A stretch of 64,000 nucleotides of DNA from the human T2T-CHM13v2.0 reference genome, Homo sapiens. A model generated the notes under the pieces. It was not told the DNA's origin. It saw only the letters and a list, made by a program, of their open reading frames with translations, and ran no database searches. The position numbers and the translations under genes were made by a program. Positions 45,686 through 59,039 of this stretch are shown here, in pieces. Position 1 is the stretch's first letter. The number at the start of each line of letters is the position of its first letter. The DNA is taken from NCBI RefSeq assembly GCF_009914755.1, contig NC_060927.1. The stretch is one strand, 5' to 3'.

Positions 45686-47791
45686 GATTGCTTTCTCGAT
45701 TTCTTCTTCAGCTAGTTTCTTTTTGATATATAGAAATGGTACTGATTTTTGTGTATTGATTTTGTATCCTACAACTTGACTGAATTCATTTATTAGTTCT
45801 AAGAGTGTTTTGGTGGTGTCTTTAGCTTTTTCTATATATGTAAGGTTATGTCATCTACAAAGAGAGACAACTTGATTTTCTGTTTCCCGACTTGTATGCC
45901 TTTTCTTTCTTTCTCTTGCCTGATTACTCTAGCTAGGCTTTCTAGTACTGTGTTGAACAAGAATGTTCAAAGTGGGCATCTGTGTCTTGTTCCAGTTCTT
46001 AGAGGAAAGGCTTTCAGCTTTTCCCCATTCCAGTATGATGTTAGCTGTGGATTTTTCATGTATTGACTTCATTATTTTGAGATATGTTCCTTCAATGCGT
46101 AATTTGTTGAGGGTTTTTGTGATGCAGGTTTGTTGAATTTTATTAAATGCTTTTTCTGCGTCTATTGAGATGATAATATGGCTTTTGTCCTTCATTCTGT
46201 TGCTGTGATGTATCACATTTATTGGCTTGCAGATGTTGAATCATGCTTACATTTCTGGGATAAATTCTATTTGACTATAGCTTATTATCTTTTTGATGTG
46301 TTGTTGCATACAGTTTGCTAGTATTTTGTTGAGGATTTTTGTGTCTGTGATCATCAGGGATATTGTCCTGTAGTTTTCTCTTTTTTGTGTGTGTTCTTGT
46401 CTGGTTTTGCTATTTGATGATGCTGGCCTCATAGAGTAAGTTGGGAAGAATTTTCCCTGCTTCAGTTTTTTGAAATAGTTTGAGAAGAACTGGTGTTAGT
46501 TTTTCTTTATAAGTTTGATAGAGTTCAACAATAAAGCCATGCATTCCTGTGCTTTTCCTTATTGGGATACTTTTTATAATTGATTCAGTCTTATTACTTG
46601 TTACTGGTTTATTCGGGTTTTCTTTGTCTTTCTGGTTCAATCTTGGTAGGTTGTATATGTCTAGGAATTTATCAATTTTCTGTAGGTTTTCTAATTTGTT
46701 AGTATATAGTTCATAATTCTCTGTAATTATACTTTATATTGCTTTGGTATCAGCTATAATATCTCCTTTTTCATTTCTGATTTTATTTATTTGGGTCTTC
46801 TCTCTTTTTTTTGGTTAGTCTAGATAGTGGTTTGTTGATTTTGTTTATCTTTTTGAAAAAAACAGCTTTTTGTTTTGTTGATCCTTTGTATTACCTTTCA
46901 TCTGTATTTTGTTTAGCCCTGCTCTCATTTTTATTATTTGTTTCCATCCACTAATTTTGGATTTGGTTTGTTCTTTTCTCTGTCCTTGAGGTGCATCATT
47001 AGGTTGTTTATTATAAGTTATTCCACATTTTTATGTAGTAGGCATTTATTGCTATAAACTTCCCTCTTAGCACAGCTTTTGCTGTATCCCATAGGTTTAG
47101 GTATAGTGTATTTTAATTTTCATTTGTTTCAAGAAAGTTTATTTTTCATTTCTTTATTGACCCAGTGGTCATTCAAGAGCATGTTTAATTTGCATGTATT
47201 TGTACAATTTAAAAAGTTTTTCTTGTTATTGATTTCTAGTTTTATTCCATTGTGACAGATCACAGTATATCCGATAGCTTACTTATATGATTTCAATTTT
47301 TAAAATTTTGTTGAAATTGTTTTGTGACTTACCAGATGGCCTAGCCTAGAGAATGTTATATGTACTGATGAGAAGAAAGTGTATCCTGCAGCTGTTGGAG
47401 AAAATGTTCTGTCTTATCTATTCCATCTAAAGTGTAGTTTAAATCCAATGTTTCTTTGTTGATTTTATGTCTCAATGATCCATCCAATGCTGAGAGTGGG
47501 CTGTTGTAGTCCTTAACTATGTTGTATTGGAGTCTGCTGTTTCTTTAGATCTAATAATATTTGCTTTATACATCTGAGTGATCCAGTATTAGGTGCACAT
47601 ATATTTACAATAATTATATCCTCCTGCTGAACTGACCCCCTTTTCATCGTGTAATGACTTTCTTTATCTCTTTTTAAAAATAGTTTTTGACTTAAAGTTT
47701 GTTTGATATAATGTAAGTATAGCTATTCCTGCTTGCTTTTGATTTCCATTTGCATGAAGTATCTTTTTTCATCCCGTTACTTTCAATCTAT

Positions 47792-48109
47792 GTTTTGTTT
47801 TTTTATTTATTTTATTTATTTTATTTTTGAGATGGAGTCTCTCTCTGTCGCCCAGGCTGGAGTGCATTGGCACGATCTTGGCTCACTGCAACCTCTGCCT
47901 TCTGGATTCAAGCAGCTCTCCTGTCTCAGCTTCCCAGTAGCTGGGACTACAGGAGCATGCCACCATGCCCAGTTAATTTTTGTATTTTTAGTAGAGATGA
48001 GGTTTCACTGTGTTGGCCAGGCTGATCTTGAACTCTTGACCTCAGGTGATCCACCTGCCTCTGCCTCCCAAAGTGCTGGGATTACAGGGGTGAACCACTG
48101 CCCCTGGCC
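47792..48109 (-). mobile_element. AluS (Sx-like)
   Basis: Full dimer with flanking repeat TCTATGTTT on both sides. Confidence 0.9.
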
Positions 48110-48344
48110 TTAGTCTATGTTTCTTGCGAAGTGAATTTCTAGTAGGCAGCATATAGCTGTGTCATATTTTTAAAAAATCCATTCGGTCTGTATATTTTAA
48201 GTGGGGAATTTAATCTACTTATGCTCAAAGTTATTGATAGAGAGGTCATATTCTTTTTGTTAATTGTTTGCTGGTTATTTTTCATACTTTTATTTCTTCC
48301 TGTATTTTTGTTTATCACCGCAATTTGGTGGTTTTCTGTAGTAA

Positions 48345-50235
48345 TGATGGCAGTGGCAGGCCTTTTGAAGCAGCCACTGCCATCGTGCTGGCTGCAGTGG
48401 GGAGGTGCAAGCAGTGGTGGCAGGAATGGCTGCTGCAGGAGCAGCATTGGTGGTGGTGGGACCCCTGTGCCTCATGTCCCCAAGGCAGCCGACTGCATCA
48501 GCCCTAGTCCTGGAGCCTCCACCACTCCAGACCCTGGCCCTGTGTTGCTGCTCTCACCTGCTGCTGCTGCAGAGAGGGTACAGGGAGGAGGTGGAGCTGG
48601 GCCTGGGCAGTGCTAGGCTCCACGGAGCCAGCGGGAGCCAGGGACAAGTGGGAGCTCCACCAGAGCCCACTGCCCTCGGGGTCACTGCAGTGGGGCTGGG
48701 CTGAGCTGCCTGCCAGTGGAGACGCAGTGTGGTCAGGCACAGAGGAGTGGGCAGAGAGGGGCCCAGCAAGGGGACCTGGAGCTCCTGCCCCAGGCTGCAA
48801 GGAGGCCCAGCCAGGGCTGCCTGCATGCTCCACTGAGTGGGAGGGAGTGGGTGGGAGCCCCACTCTCCCAGGTGCAGGACCTGGGCATCTCTGCACTCTT
48901 GGGCACCTGGGAAGACCGCTCATTCCCCAACAGGTTCAAGGGTTTCTGCTCTCACTGCCTGGCCTCTCCCTGTCCCCATTACCTGCTCAGATCTTGGAGC
49001 AGGGTTCGGGCCAAGCCCAGGCACTGTCACAGCCCAGCCAGGTGTGTGCATGCTTGAGGCAGTGCCGGCATACCAGACCTCTGCTGCCTCGGCCCCCTCT
49101 GGACTTTGGGTGCCCCCTCTGGACTTTGGGTACACAGGGGGTAGGGATGAGGTGGGGCTGAGGGCAGCTCTGGTGCTGGCCTGCAGGTGTCCCTTGGAGC
49201 AAGCAGTCTCAGTGCTATGATGACAGGAGGAGGCAGACAGGCTCCTGGGTGGAAGGGGGTGGGTCCCTGATGAGGCCCCACCTTCAGGCTAGGGAGGACC
49301 TGAAGGCTGGGGGCTGGACTGCTAGTTGAGGAACTTGTGGTACCTTTTCTGGGCCCACCCATGGCCGCCTCTGGACCAGTCATACACATTTCCTCCCCTC
49401 TGTGGCCCATAAAAGCCCAGGCTCAGCCAGAGCTGGACAGACGATGGGATGACCAGTTGCAGAGAGGAGCTACCCTTTCTGCTGAAAGTTGAGCACTAGT
49501 CAGGATAGCCTGCCTAGCAGAGAGGAGCTACCTACCCTCTCTGTTAGGAGCTGAACACTCATTGGGATACCCTTGCTGCAGAGAGCAGCTGCCCACTGTG
49601 AGTCTCTTCTGAGCTGTTCTATTGCCCAATAAAGATTCCCTTTGTCTTGCTCATCCTCCACTTGCCTGCATATCTCATTCTTCCTGGTCACAGAACAAGA
49701 ACCCAGGACCCGCCAAACTGGTGAGGCTAAAAGAGCTATAACACAAACAGGGCTGAAACATGCCCCTTGCTCACCATGTTGCAGATGAAGAGAAGAGCTG
49801 CAGCTCTTTGGGGAGCCCAGTCCTGGGGTATGACTCGAGCCAGGGCTATGACTGTCTCTTTGGGGCCTTCCTGTTCTTGGTGTCTCCAGGCTTCCTGTTG
49901 CCACTCTGTTCCCTGGTGCCAGCTTTGGAAGCTGCTTGTGGTGCACCTGGTCCAGCCACAGCCTCATGGAGAGCCGGCAGCCTGCCGTGCTGCAGCAGCC
50001 AGTATGTCTGACTGCACAGTTGCCAGACCCCACACTTGCTCACACACCCCTTGCCACTCCATGCCTTACTTGCCCTTGGCAGGTGTGGGATCCAGGCCAG
50101 TTGCATGAGCCAAGCGCAGCCTGCCAGGCTGAGTGGCAGAACGAACCCAGTGGGCCCAAGCAAAACTCGAGCAAAGGTGCCACTGGCCACAAAGGTTTCC
50201 AGTCAGAAAAGCAACACCCCAAAGATCCTGTAACA
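48345..50235 (+). mobile_element. MER52-family ERV1 solo LTR, 1.89 kb, GC-rich
   Basis: TG...CA termini (TGATGGCAGTGGCAGG...GATCCTGTAACA). 4-bp TSD GTAA at 48341-48344 and 50236-50239. CATAAAA at 49408 and AATAAA at 49628. Confidence 0.85.
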
Positions 50236-50678
50236 GTAACATTTGAGTTCTTTCTCATTTGTTTGCTTGCTCTACCAGGGAGTTTTATACTCTTGTGTGT
50301 TTTCATGATGGTACATACCATCCTTCCACTTCCAGATGCAGGACTCTCCTAAGCCATATCTTGTAGGGTCAGTGTAGTGGTGATGAGTTCCCTCAATTTT
50401 TGCTTGTCTGGTAGAGACTATTTCTCTCTCATTTTTGAAGGATAGCTTTGCTTCATATAGTACTTTTGGCTGGCATTTTTTTCTTTCTGCACTTTGAATA
50501 TGCCATCCTCTTTTATCCTGGCTTAAGGAGAAAAGATTCCTGCTGAGAATACCACTGTTAGTCTGATGGGGGTTTTCTTATATGTTACTTTATTCATTTC
50601 TCTTGCTATAAACTTCAGACTGAAAGGGACTCCTGAATGTCAGGTAAAAATAACTAAAACTGCACATATCTATATGTA

Positions 50679-50994
50679 TAGTTGGCCTCTGTATTCATGG
50701 GTTCTGTATCTGAGGATTCAGCTGACCACGGATTGAAAATGTTTGAACAACAACAAAATAAAAAATAAATAAAACAAAACAGAAATTTAAAAATAATATA
50801 AGAACTATTGACATAGCATTTACATTTGTTATTAGATATTGTAAGTAACCTAGAGATGATTGGAAGTACATGTGTGGATGTGAGTAAGTTGTGTGCAAAT
50901 ACTGTGCCGTTTTATGTAAGTGACGAGTATCTATGGGTTTTGGTATTCAAGGGGGTCCTAGGGCCAGCTCTCCATGGATACCGAGGGATGACTG
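50679..50994. mobile_element. MER2 (TcMar-Tigger) non-autonomous DNA transposon
   Basis: Degenerate TIRs TAGTTGGCCTCTGTATTCATGG and CCATGGATACCGAGGGATGACTG, preceded by TA. Confidence 0.8.
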
Positions 50995-53334
50995 TGTACC
51001 CATGTAAATACACTTACATTCACACATATGTATAAGTCTTAAATACATAAAAATAGAACCACATTATATGTATTTTTATGAGACTTACTTCTTTCACTTT
51101 TGTATTCCTGAATTGTCAGAATTTTTACAAGCAATCACCAAAAATTTTAAAACTGAATGTGTATTGACATATGGATGCATATTAGGTTTTTCTGTATTGC
51201 ACATATGCTTTTAAATTTTGATTACTATTAAAAGCCTACAGTGAAAATGTGTATACAAATTTTCTGCTGTATCCTCAGTTGTCCTTTTAAAGCAGATTTG
51301 TACAAGAGTAATTTTTGCTTTTTAGCAACATTTTTTCATTTAAATGCCTATGGATATGTCATGTGAATCTAATTTTTTCTTCCTGTATCCTCACATTAAA
51401 TATTAATATTTTTATTGTTTCTATTTAATAGATTAAAAACCCCTCTGGCAATTTTAACAGACATTGTAGAGACACTTTGTTCTGGTTGCATAGCTTTTAA
51501 TCACTTTCAGTGGGATTCAATAGTACATATTTATTTGTTGAACAGGCAGATATTAGGCTACCCATTTAAAATGACAACTCTGCTTCTGGTCAGTTCAAAA
51601 AATATATATACTGAGCTCCTACCATGATGTGCCAGGCATTGTGCTGAGCACCATAACATATGATTAAGACAGGTTATTGAACTCAAGAGACCTCTATCAT
51701 GTCTTAGGTCAGTGTTTTATTTTGACAGGTATGAATGTATTTTCAGAACTATGGAGATAGTATTTTAAATTTAAATTTATTTATTAAATTAAATTAATTA
51801 AATTAAATAAATTTATTTAATAAACCCGGGATGTATTGTCTCTGTACGACAGCCATGTGACCCTCTTCTAAGATTTTTTTAGCTAATCTATTTTAAAAGT
51901 TTTAAAAATTTTATGCCAATATAGTGTATTTTTCTGCTAGGCATTCTACCTTGTGCTTATTTTTTATTAAATATCTATTTATATATTGTCACTCCCCAGT
52001 CTGCAAGTATTTGTACTTTGAACCTTTGAGTCACTATTTCCAGTACAACGTTGATTTGATTCAGTTTCTATTATGTTTAATTAACATTTACTGAGAACCT
52101 ACCATGTGCCCAGATCCTCCCTTAGGACCCAAGAATACAAGATAAATGACCTATGATTTTTATCCTAGAGTGTATAAAGAGTGGTGGAAGAGGTAGATGA
52201 ATAAACCAAAAAAAATTATGCAAGTATATAGTTACAATCTAAAGTAAAACCCAAATATATGCCCATTATTTTCTCCTTATCATAAACCCCTTTAATGCTA
52301 TCTAACAAGTTTGCCTGATAGCCTGTGACATACTTCTCCAAGAATGACAAATGTCAGTGAAATTGTGAAGATTAGTTTGGCTACTATAAATGCTGTGTGT
52401 AGAATTCACATGTGACAAATTCACCCACATATCCCATACTCTATTCCTACCCAGTTACACAATGACATTATCCTGGTACAGGATTTTTTAGGCCCATTCC
52501 CATCCTTACTAGAATAGCTTTGGAAATTTCAAAGTAAGCCCAATTATAGTTTGCATTGCTTTTCCAAATGTTTCAAATAATCATATTCTTTTGGATTTTC
52601 TCTGTTAACATTATACCGAATCTTTTATTTCTGCCTCACACCTGGCATGTTTTATATTTTAAAATGTATATTCTATATTGTATAAATATTTATGAGACAG
52701 ATTAAATTACCTAGTATAAAAACAATATACTTTTACACAGAACTCTGTATTCCCTCAGTCTAAGCACAGGCTTGCTTTTTACAAGAAAAGATGTTAAAGA
52801 TCCTGAAGTTGTTCATACTTTTCCCACAAATTAAAGCTCTATGCATCATTTATGAAAGCAGCGTGCTGCTATGATCTTAAGGTGCTGGAGCCTGGAAACC
52901 CATTGCCTAGCAACCACATACTAACTCTGTCCGTTCTCCAGGCAACATTCTTCAATTTCTAGTCCATTTGGTCTTTCCTGGTATTTATGTTTTTCAGCCA
53001 CAGAGATTTTAATGTTTTAACAAAGATAGTTTCTTATCTTTGTGAGTACCTTCCCAAAGGGCCACATGACAAGGGATATGTGTGTTCTTAATTACTGTTT
53101 CCTTACGGTCTCTTTGTCACAATACTGGTTTTTTTTGCCATGGAATACACATTGGTAGGATTGAAATGCTAGAATCTGTAATAAGAGTTTCTTTTTTATA
53201 TTGATTTAATATTTACAAATTCTGTTCATAAAGAATACATTCTAGAAATTTATCCCTGACCTTTTACATTTTATTTTAATGTATTAATAGTGGTAGCTGG
53301 TAGTTAGTTATGTTTTTAAATGACCATGTATTAA

Positions 53335-53450
53335 TCATTTGCCTGATCTTATTTAATCCTTAGAACAATCTTATGAGCGAGATGTAATTATTATTCCATT
53401 TTTAGAGGAGAATACTGAAGCACAAAAACATTACAACCTACCCAGGGTTA
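53335..53450 (-). mobile_element. MIR fragment
   Basis: CTTATTTAATCCTTAGAACAATCTTATGAG...CCATTTTTAGAGGAGAATACTGAAGCACA. Confidence 0.7.
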
Positions 53451-56400
53451 CTTTTTATTACTTACTATTTGTGGTTTACAATAGCAACTTAAAAAATTTG
53501 GTGGGGGGAGTGGCCAAGATGGCCCACCGGAAGCAACTAGTGTACGTGGCTCTCACAGAAAGGAATGGAAGGGACAAGTAAATAAAACACCTTCAACTGA
53601 AACATCCAGGTACTCACATTAGGACTAATCAAGGAAACAATTTGACGCATGGAGAACGAAGAAAAGGCAGGATGGTGGCCCGCCAGGGAGCAACATGTAA
53701 CCAGGGGAACCTCTCCGGTCCAGAGAAGCGGTGAGTGAATGTGCAACCCTGGGAAACTCATGCTGCTTCCATGGATCTTTGCAACTCTTGGATCAGGAGA
53801 TCTCCTTGTGAACCCACTCCGCTAGGGCCTTCAGTCTGACAGACAGAGCTACTTGGAGTCTCAGCAGAGCAGTTGCTAAAGCATTCATGGAGACCCTGGA
53901 GTCTTAGATATTTGGGCTTTCGGGCAAAAGTAGCTGAAAAGTAGGAGGTTAGACCCCTTAGGAAAGAGGCTGAATCCAGGGAGCTAAGCAGTGACAGTCT
54001 GCAGGCTCTACTTCCACAGCACCTCACAAGACCCACTGGCTTGGATTTCCACCCAGCCTCTGGTAGCAGCATTGCACCTCCCTAAGAGGAAGCTCCTGAG
54101 GGGAGAGGGAGCTGCCATCTTTGCTGTTTGGGCACCTTAGCCATTCCAGCCTTTGGGCTTTGGAGAGTCTGAGCTCCCCGGGGACAGAAGGGATCCCCCA
54201 GCACTGCACAGCTGCTTTATTAAAATGTTGCCACACTGCTGCTTTAAGCAGGTCCCAGATCCCACTCCTCACTGTGTCGTAGCTCCCAATCAGGGACCAC
54301 CCCCCCACAACCCCTGTTGGTGTTCTCTGGCTGACAGAAATTTGTAACCTCTGTGGGATGGAGCTGCCAGAGGGAGAGGTGGGCCACCATCCTTGCTGTT
54401 TGGGCTACTTAGCTGTTCCTACCTTTGGGCTTCAGAGTGTCCGAAGCGACGGGGCCAAAGTGGATGCCCAGCACAGCACAGCTCCTCTACCAAAAGGTGG
54501 TGAGATTGCTTTTTTAAGTGAATCCCTAATCCCATTCCTCCCTACTGGATGGGACCTCCCAACCAGGGTCTCCAGCCACCTACAGGTGCCTTCAGGCTGG
54601 CAACTGGCCCCTGTCTCCCTGGGACAGGCTGCCATCTTTGCCGTTTTGCAGCCGTCACTTGTGACACCTCCAGGTACTGGAAAATCCAAAGTGACTAGGG
54701 ACTGGAACAGGCCCCAGGCATACCACAGCAGCCCTACGGAAAAGTGGCCAGACTGTTATGTGGTCACCCATTCCCATATATCCTCACTGGGCAGTTCCTC
54801 CAGGCCTGTGCCTCCAGCCTCCCCCAGCCAGAGCTATCAAGCGAGTGGCAACTTGGCAACTCCCTGGACAGAGCCTCCAGGGGCAACAGAAAGCCTCTCT
54901 GGCACTGTTTCTGCAGTGAAACCACCCTTGCCACCCTCGGACTAAAAAAGAAGCAAAGACCCTATGTGCTTTATCCACACCTGCTACAAGCTGCAGTTGA
55001 CCCAAGAAGAAGAGGCTGGTCTTTGACCCAAGAAGAAAAGGCTGGTCTGTCTCCTGTGGGTCTCATGCACCGCCCCCTACTGCTTGTCACCAGACAGGAA
55101 ACCCCTGGCTTGGGCCCACAGCACAGACCCTCCATCCTGGGCTGATTGCATAGAGTAATTGCTGACCTGCATCTCTCTGGGGTGAAGCTCCCAGGAGACA
55201 CGCAGATGACCTTTCGGCAAAGCTACTACTAAGATTCCTTCCTCTGCTGCCTCCAAGTTGGAGGAGGAACATAAACACTGAGATTGCCCCAGAGCTACAG
55301 CGGGCAGGCCAGGAGTACCAAGTCACGATGTACAGCTAGCAGTCAGGGGGGAGAGGAACCCATATTTTTACAGCATTGAGCGGGAACATGGCTGCAACTG
55401 TGAGGAAACACAGGGGAGCCATACAACCAAGGAAGCATCTACCAACTGACCAGTAAGCCTAAGTGCCACCAACTGGATTACATCCCGAAGCTTCAACACA
55501 AAATACCTCTCTTACATACCCACCTTTGAAACCAGAAAGAAGAAGTCAGCTTCAAATAAAACCCCTGCAGAGTACCTCAGCCCAGTGAAAACATCCAGAA
55601 AAGTCTATTGACTGTACTCAATCTACACAGTAGTTAAAGGAACACCCACATGCAGAGATGAGAAAGAACCAATGTAAGAACTCTGGTAACTCAAATGGCC
55701 AAAGTGTCATATGTCTTCCAGATGACCACACCAGTTCTCCAACAAGAGTTTTTGACCAGGCTGAACTGACTGGAATGACAGAAATAGAATTTGAATATGG
55801 ATAGGAACAAAGATAATTGAGAGTCAGGAGGATGGCAAAACCCAATCCAAGGAAAAGAAAAATCACAATAAAGTGATACAGGAGCTGAAGGACAAAATAG
55901 CTGATATAAAAAAGAACCTAATGGGTCTGACAGAGCTGAAATAACACAATATAAGAATTTCACAGTACAATCACAAGTATTAATAGCAGAATGAACCAAG
56001 CTGAGGAAAAAATCTTGGAATTTAAAGACTGGTTCTCTGAAATAAGACAGTCAGAAAAATAAAGAAAAAAGACTAAAGATGAATGAACAAAACCCCCCAA
56101 AAAGTATGAGATTATGTAAAAAGGCCAAATCTGTGAATCATTGGCATCCCTGAAAGGCAGGGGGAGAAAGTAAAAACGACTTGGAAAACATGTTTCAGGA
56201 TATCATTCATGAAAACTTCCCAACCTTGCTAGAGTGGCCAACAGTCAAATTCAGGAAATACAGATAACTCCTGCAAGTTTCTACACCAGATCATCCCCAA
56301 GACACATCACGTAACTGTCAGATGTTCTAAGGTTGAAATGAAAGAAAGAATGTTAAAGGAAGCTAGAGAGAAAGGGCAGGTCCACCTACAAAGGGAACCC

Positions 56401-56514
56401 CATCAGGCTAACAGCAGACCTCTCAGCTGAAACCCTACAAGCCAGAAGAGACTGGGGGCCTATATTCAACATTCTTAAAGAAAAAATTCTTCAACTAAGA
56501 ATTTTATATCTAGC

Positions 56515-56958
56515 TGTATTAGGGTTCTCTAGAGGGACAAAACTAATGGGATAGATGTATGTATAAAAGGGAGTTTATTAAGGAGTATTAACTCACATGA
56601 TCACAAGGTCCCACAGTAGATCATCCGCGGGCTGAGGAGCAAGGAAGCCAGTCTGAGTCCCAAAGCTGAAGAACCTGGATTCCGACGTTCAAGGGCAGAA
56701 AGCATCCAGCATGGGAGAATGATGGAGGCTGGGAGGGTAAGCCAGTCTAATGTTTCCATGTTCTTCTGCCTGCTTTTTATTTTGGCCGTGCTGGCAGCTG
56801 ATTAGATGGTGCCCACCCCAATTGAGGGTGGGTCTGCCTCTCCCAGTCCACTAACTCAAATGTTAATCTCCTTTGGCAACACCCTCACAGACACACCTAG
56901 GAACAATACTTTGCATCCTTCAATCCAATCAAGTTCACACTCAACATTAACCATTATA
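56515..56958 (-). mobile_element. MLT2A (MLT2A1-like) HERVL solo LTR
   Basis: TGTATTAGGGTTCTCTAGAGGGACA...CAATCCAATCAAGTT...ATTAACCATTATA. 5-bp TSD CTAGC/CCAGC at 56510-56514 and 56959-56963. Confidence 0.9.
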
Positions 56959-58262
56959 CCAGCCAAACTAAGCTTCCTAAGTGAAGGATAAATAAGATCC
57001 TTTTCAGATAAACAAACATTGAGGGTATTCATTGCCACCAGACCTGCCTTACAAGAGATCTTGAAAGGAGCACTAAATGTAGAAAGGAAAGACTGCTACT
57101 AGCTAATACAAAAACACACAGACCAGTGTCATTGTAAAGGAGCACACAAACAAGCCAACATAATAACCAGTTAACAGCACAGTGACAGGATCAAATCCAC
57201 ACATATCAATACTAACCTTGAATGTAAACAGTCTAAATCCTCCACTTAAAAGGCAGAGTGGCAAGCTGGATAAAAAAGCAAGACCCAATGGTATGCTGTC
57301 TTCAAGAGACCCATCTCAAACATAGTGACACTCATAGGCTCAAAATAAAGGGATGGAGGAAAATTCACCAAGCAAATAGAAAACAAAAAGCAGATGTTGT
57401 GATTTTTAATTTCAGATAAAACATTTCAAAACAACAAAGATTTAAAAAGTCAAGGGCATTATATCATCATAAAGGGTTCAATTCGACAAGAAGACTTAAT
57501 TATCTTAAATATATATGCACCCAGCATAGGAGCACCTGGATTCATAAAGCCAAGCTATTTGAGACCTACAAAGAGACACAGAGTTTTACACAATAATAGT
57601 GGGAGACTTCAACACTCCACTGACAGTATTAGACAGATCATTGAGGCAGAAAATTAACAAAGATATTCAAGACCTAAACTCTACATTGGACCAATTGCAT
57701 CTGATATACCTTTACGAAACTCTCCACCAAAAAAAAACAACAGAATATACATTCTTCTTATCGCCACATGACACATACTGTACAATCCACCACATAATTG
57801 GACATAAAATAGTCCTCAACCAATATAAAGAGCCAAAATCATACCAAATATACTCTTCAATCATAGTGCAGTAAAAATAGAAGTCAAGACTATAAAAATC
57901 ACTCAAAACCATGCAATTAAATGGAAATTAAACAACATGCTCCTGAATAACTTTTGGGTAAATAATGAAATTAAGGTGAATATAAAGTAGTTTTTTGAAA
58001 ATACTGAGAACAAATATACAACATACCAGAATCTCTGAGACACAGCTAAGGCAGTGTTAAGAGGGAAATTCATAGCACTAAATTCCCACATCAAAAAGTT
58101 AGAAAGATCCCAAATTAACAACATAACTTCACAACTGAAAGAATCAGAGAAGCAAGAACAAATCAGCCTCAAAGCTAGCAGATGAGAGATAACAAAAATC
58201 AGAACTGAACTGAAGGAAATCGAGATGTGAAAAACAATTCAAAAGATCAGTGAATCCAGGAG

Positions 58263-58557
58263 TTTTGTTTTGTTTTGAGATGGAGTCTGTCTTTGTCACT
58301 CAGGCTTGTGTGAAGTGGCGTGATCTCAGCTCACTGCAACCTCCATCTGCCAGGTTCCAGCTATTCTCCTGCCTCAGCCTCCTGAGTAGCTGGGACTACA
58401 GGCACGTGCCACCATGTCTGGCTAATTTTTTATTAGTAGTAGAGACAGGGTTTCACCATGTTGGCTAGGCTGGTCTCGAACTCCTGACCTCAGGTGATCC
58501 GCACGCCTCAGCCTCCCAAAGTGCTGGGATCACAGGCATGAGCCAACTCGCCCAGCC
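58263..58557 (-). mobile_element. AluS inserted in L1 ORF2
   Basis: Full dimer with CCAGGAGTT on both sides. Confidence 0.9.
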
Positions 58558-59039
58558 CAGGAGTTGTTTGTTTGTTTGTTTGTTTTAAATAATAGGCCAC
58601 TTGATAGACTAATTAAGAAAAGAGAGAAGATTTAGATAAATGTAATTGGGAATGATGAAGGGAATGTTACCACTACCCCACAGAAATAGAAACAACCATT
58701 AGAAGCTACTACAAACACTTCTGTGCACACAAACTAGAAAACCTAAAAGAGATGGGCAAATTCCACATACATCCTTTTAAGACCGAGCCAGGAAGAAATT
58801 GATTCCCTGAACACACAAATAACAAGCTCCAAAATTGAATCAGTAATATTAGCCTATCGATCAAAAAAAGCCCAGGACCTGATGGATTCACAGCCTAAAA
58901 ACCTAAAATTTTGTTCTTTTTTTTGTACTATGCCAGTGATGCATTAAGTACATTGGGCATCAAATTTACACAAAGGCCATTAATGATTACACCCTTTAGG
59001 GACATCCCTCTTTAGCAATAGACCATCTCCTCAATCCCT

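Larger units (their letters stand above)
53503..58895 (+). mobile_element. 5'-intact, 3'-truncated older primate L1 (L1PA13-16-like)
   Basis: GGGGGAGTGGCCAAGATGGC start, ~2.15-kb 5' UTR, ORF1 ATG at 55658 (MRKNQCKNSGNS), ORF2 from ~57182 (ORF 57599 GDFNTPL). Stops at [10 protein letters not shown]. Confidence 0.85.

Noticed and set aside
48139-50352. Dense cluster of overlapping 60-183 aa ORFs
   Set aside because: They lie essentially within the GC-rich MER52 LTR, where stop codons are rare, and none has a recognisable domain.
51761-51824. AT-only imperfect palindrome (TTTATTAAAT...ATTTAATAAA)
   Set aside because: Low-complexity sequence with short arms, so the symmetry is expected by chance.
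53537-55326. ORFs up to 195 aa
   Set aside because: They are inside the long 5' UTR of the old L1PA element.
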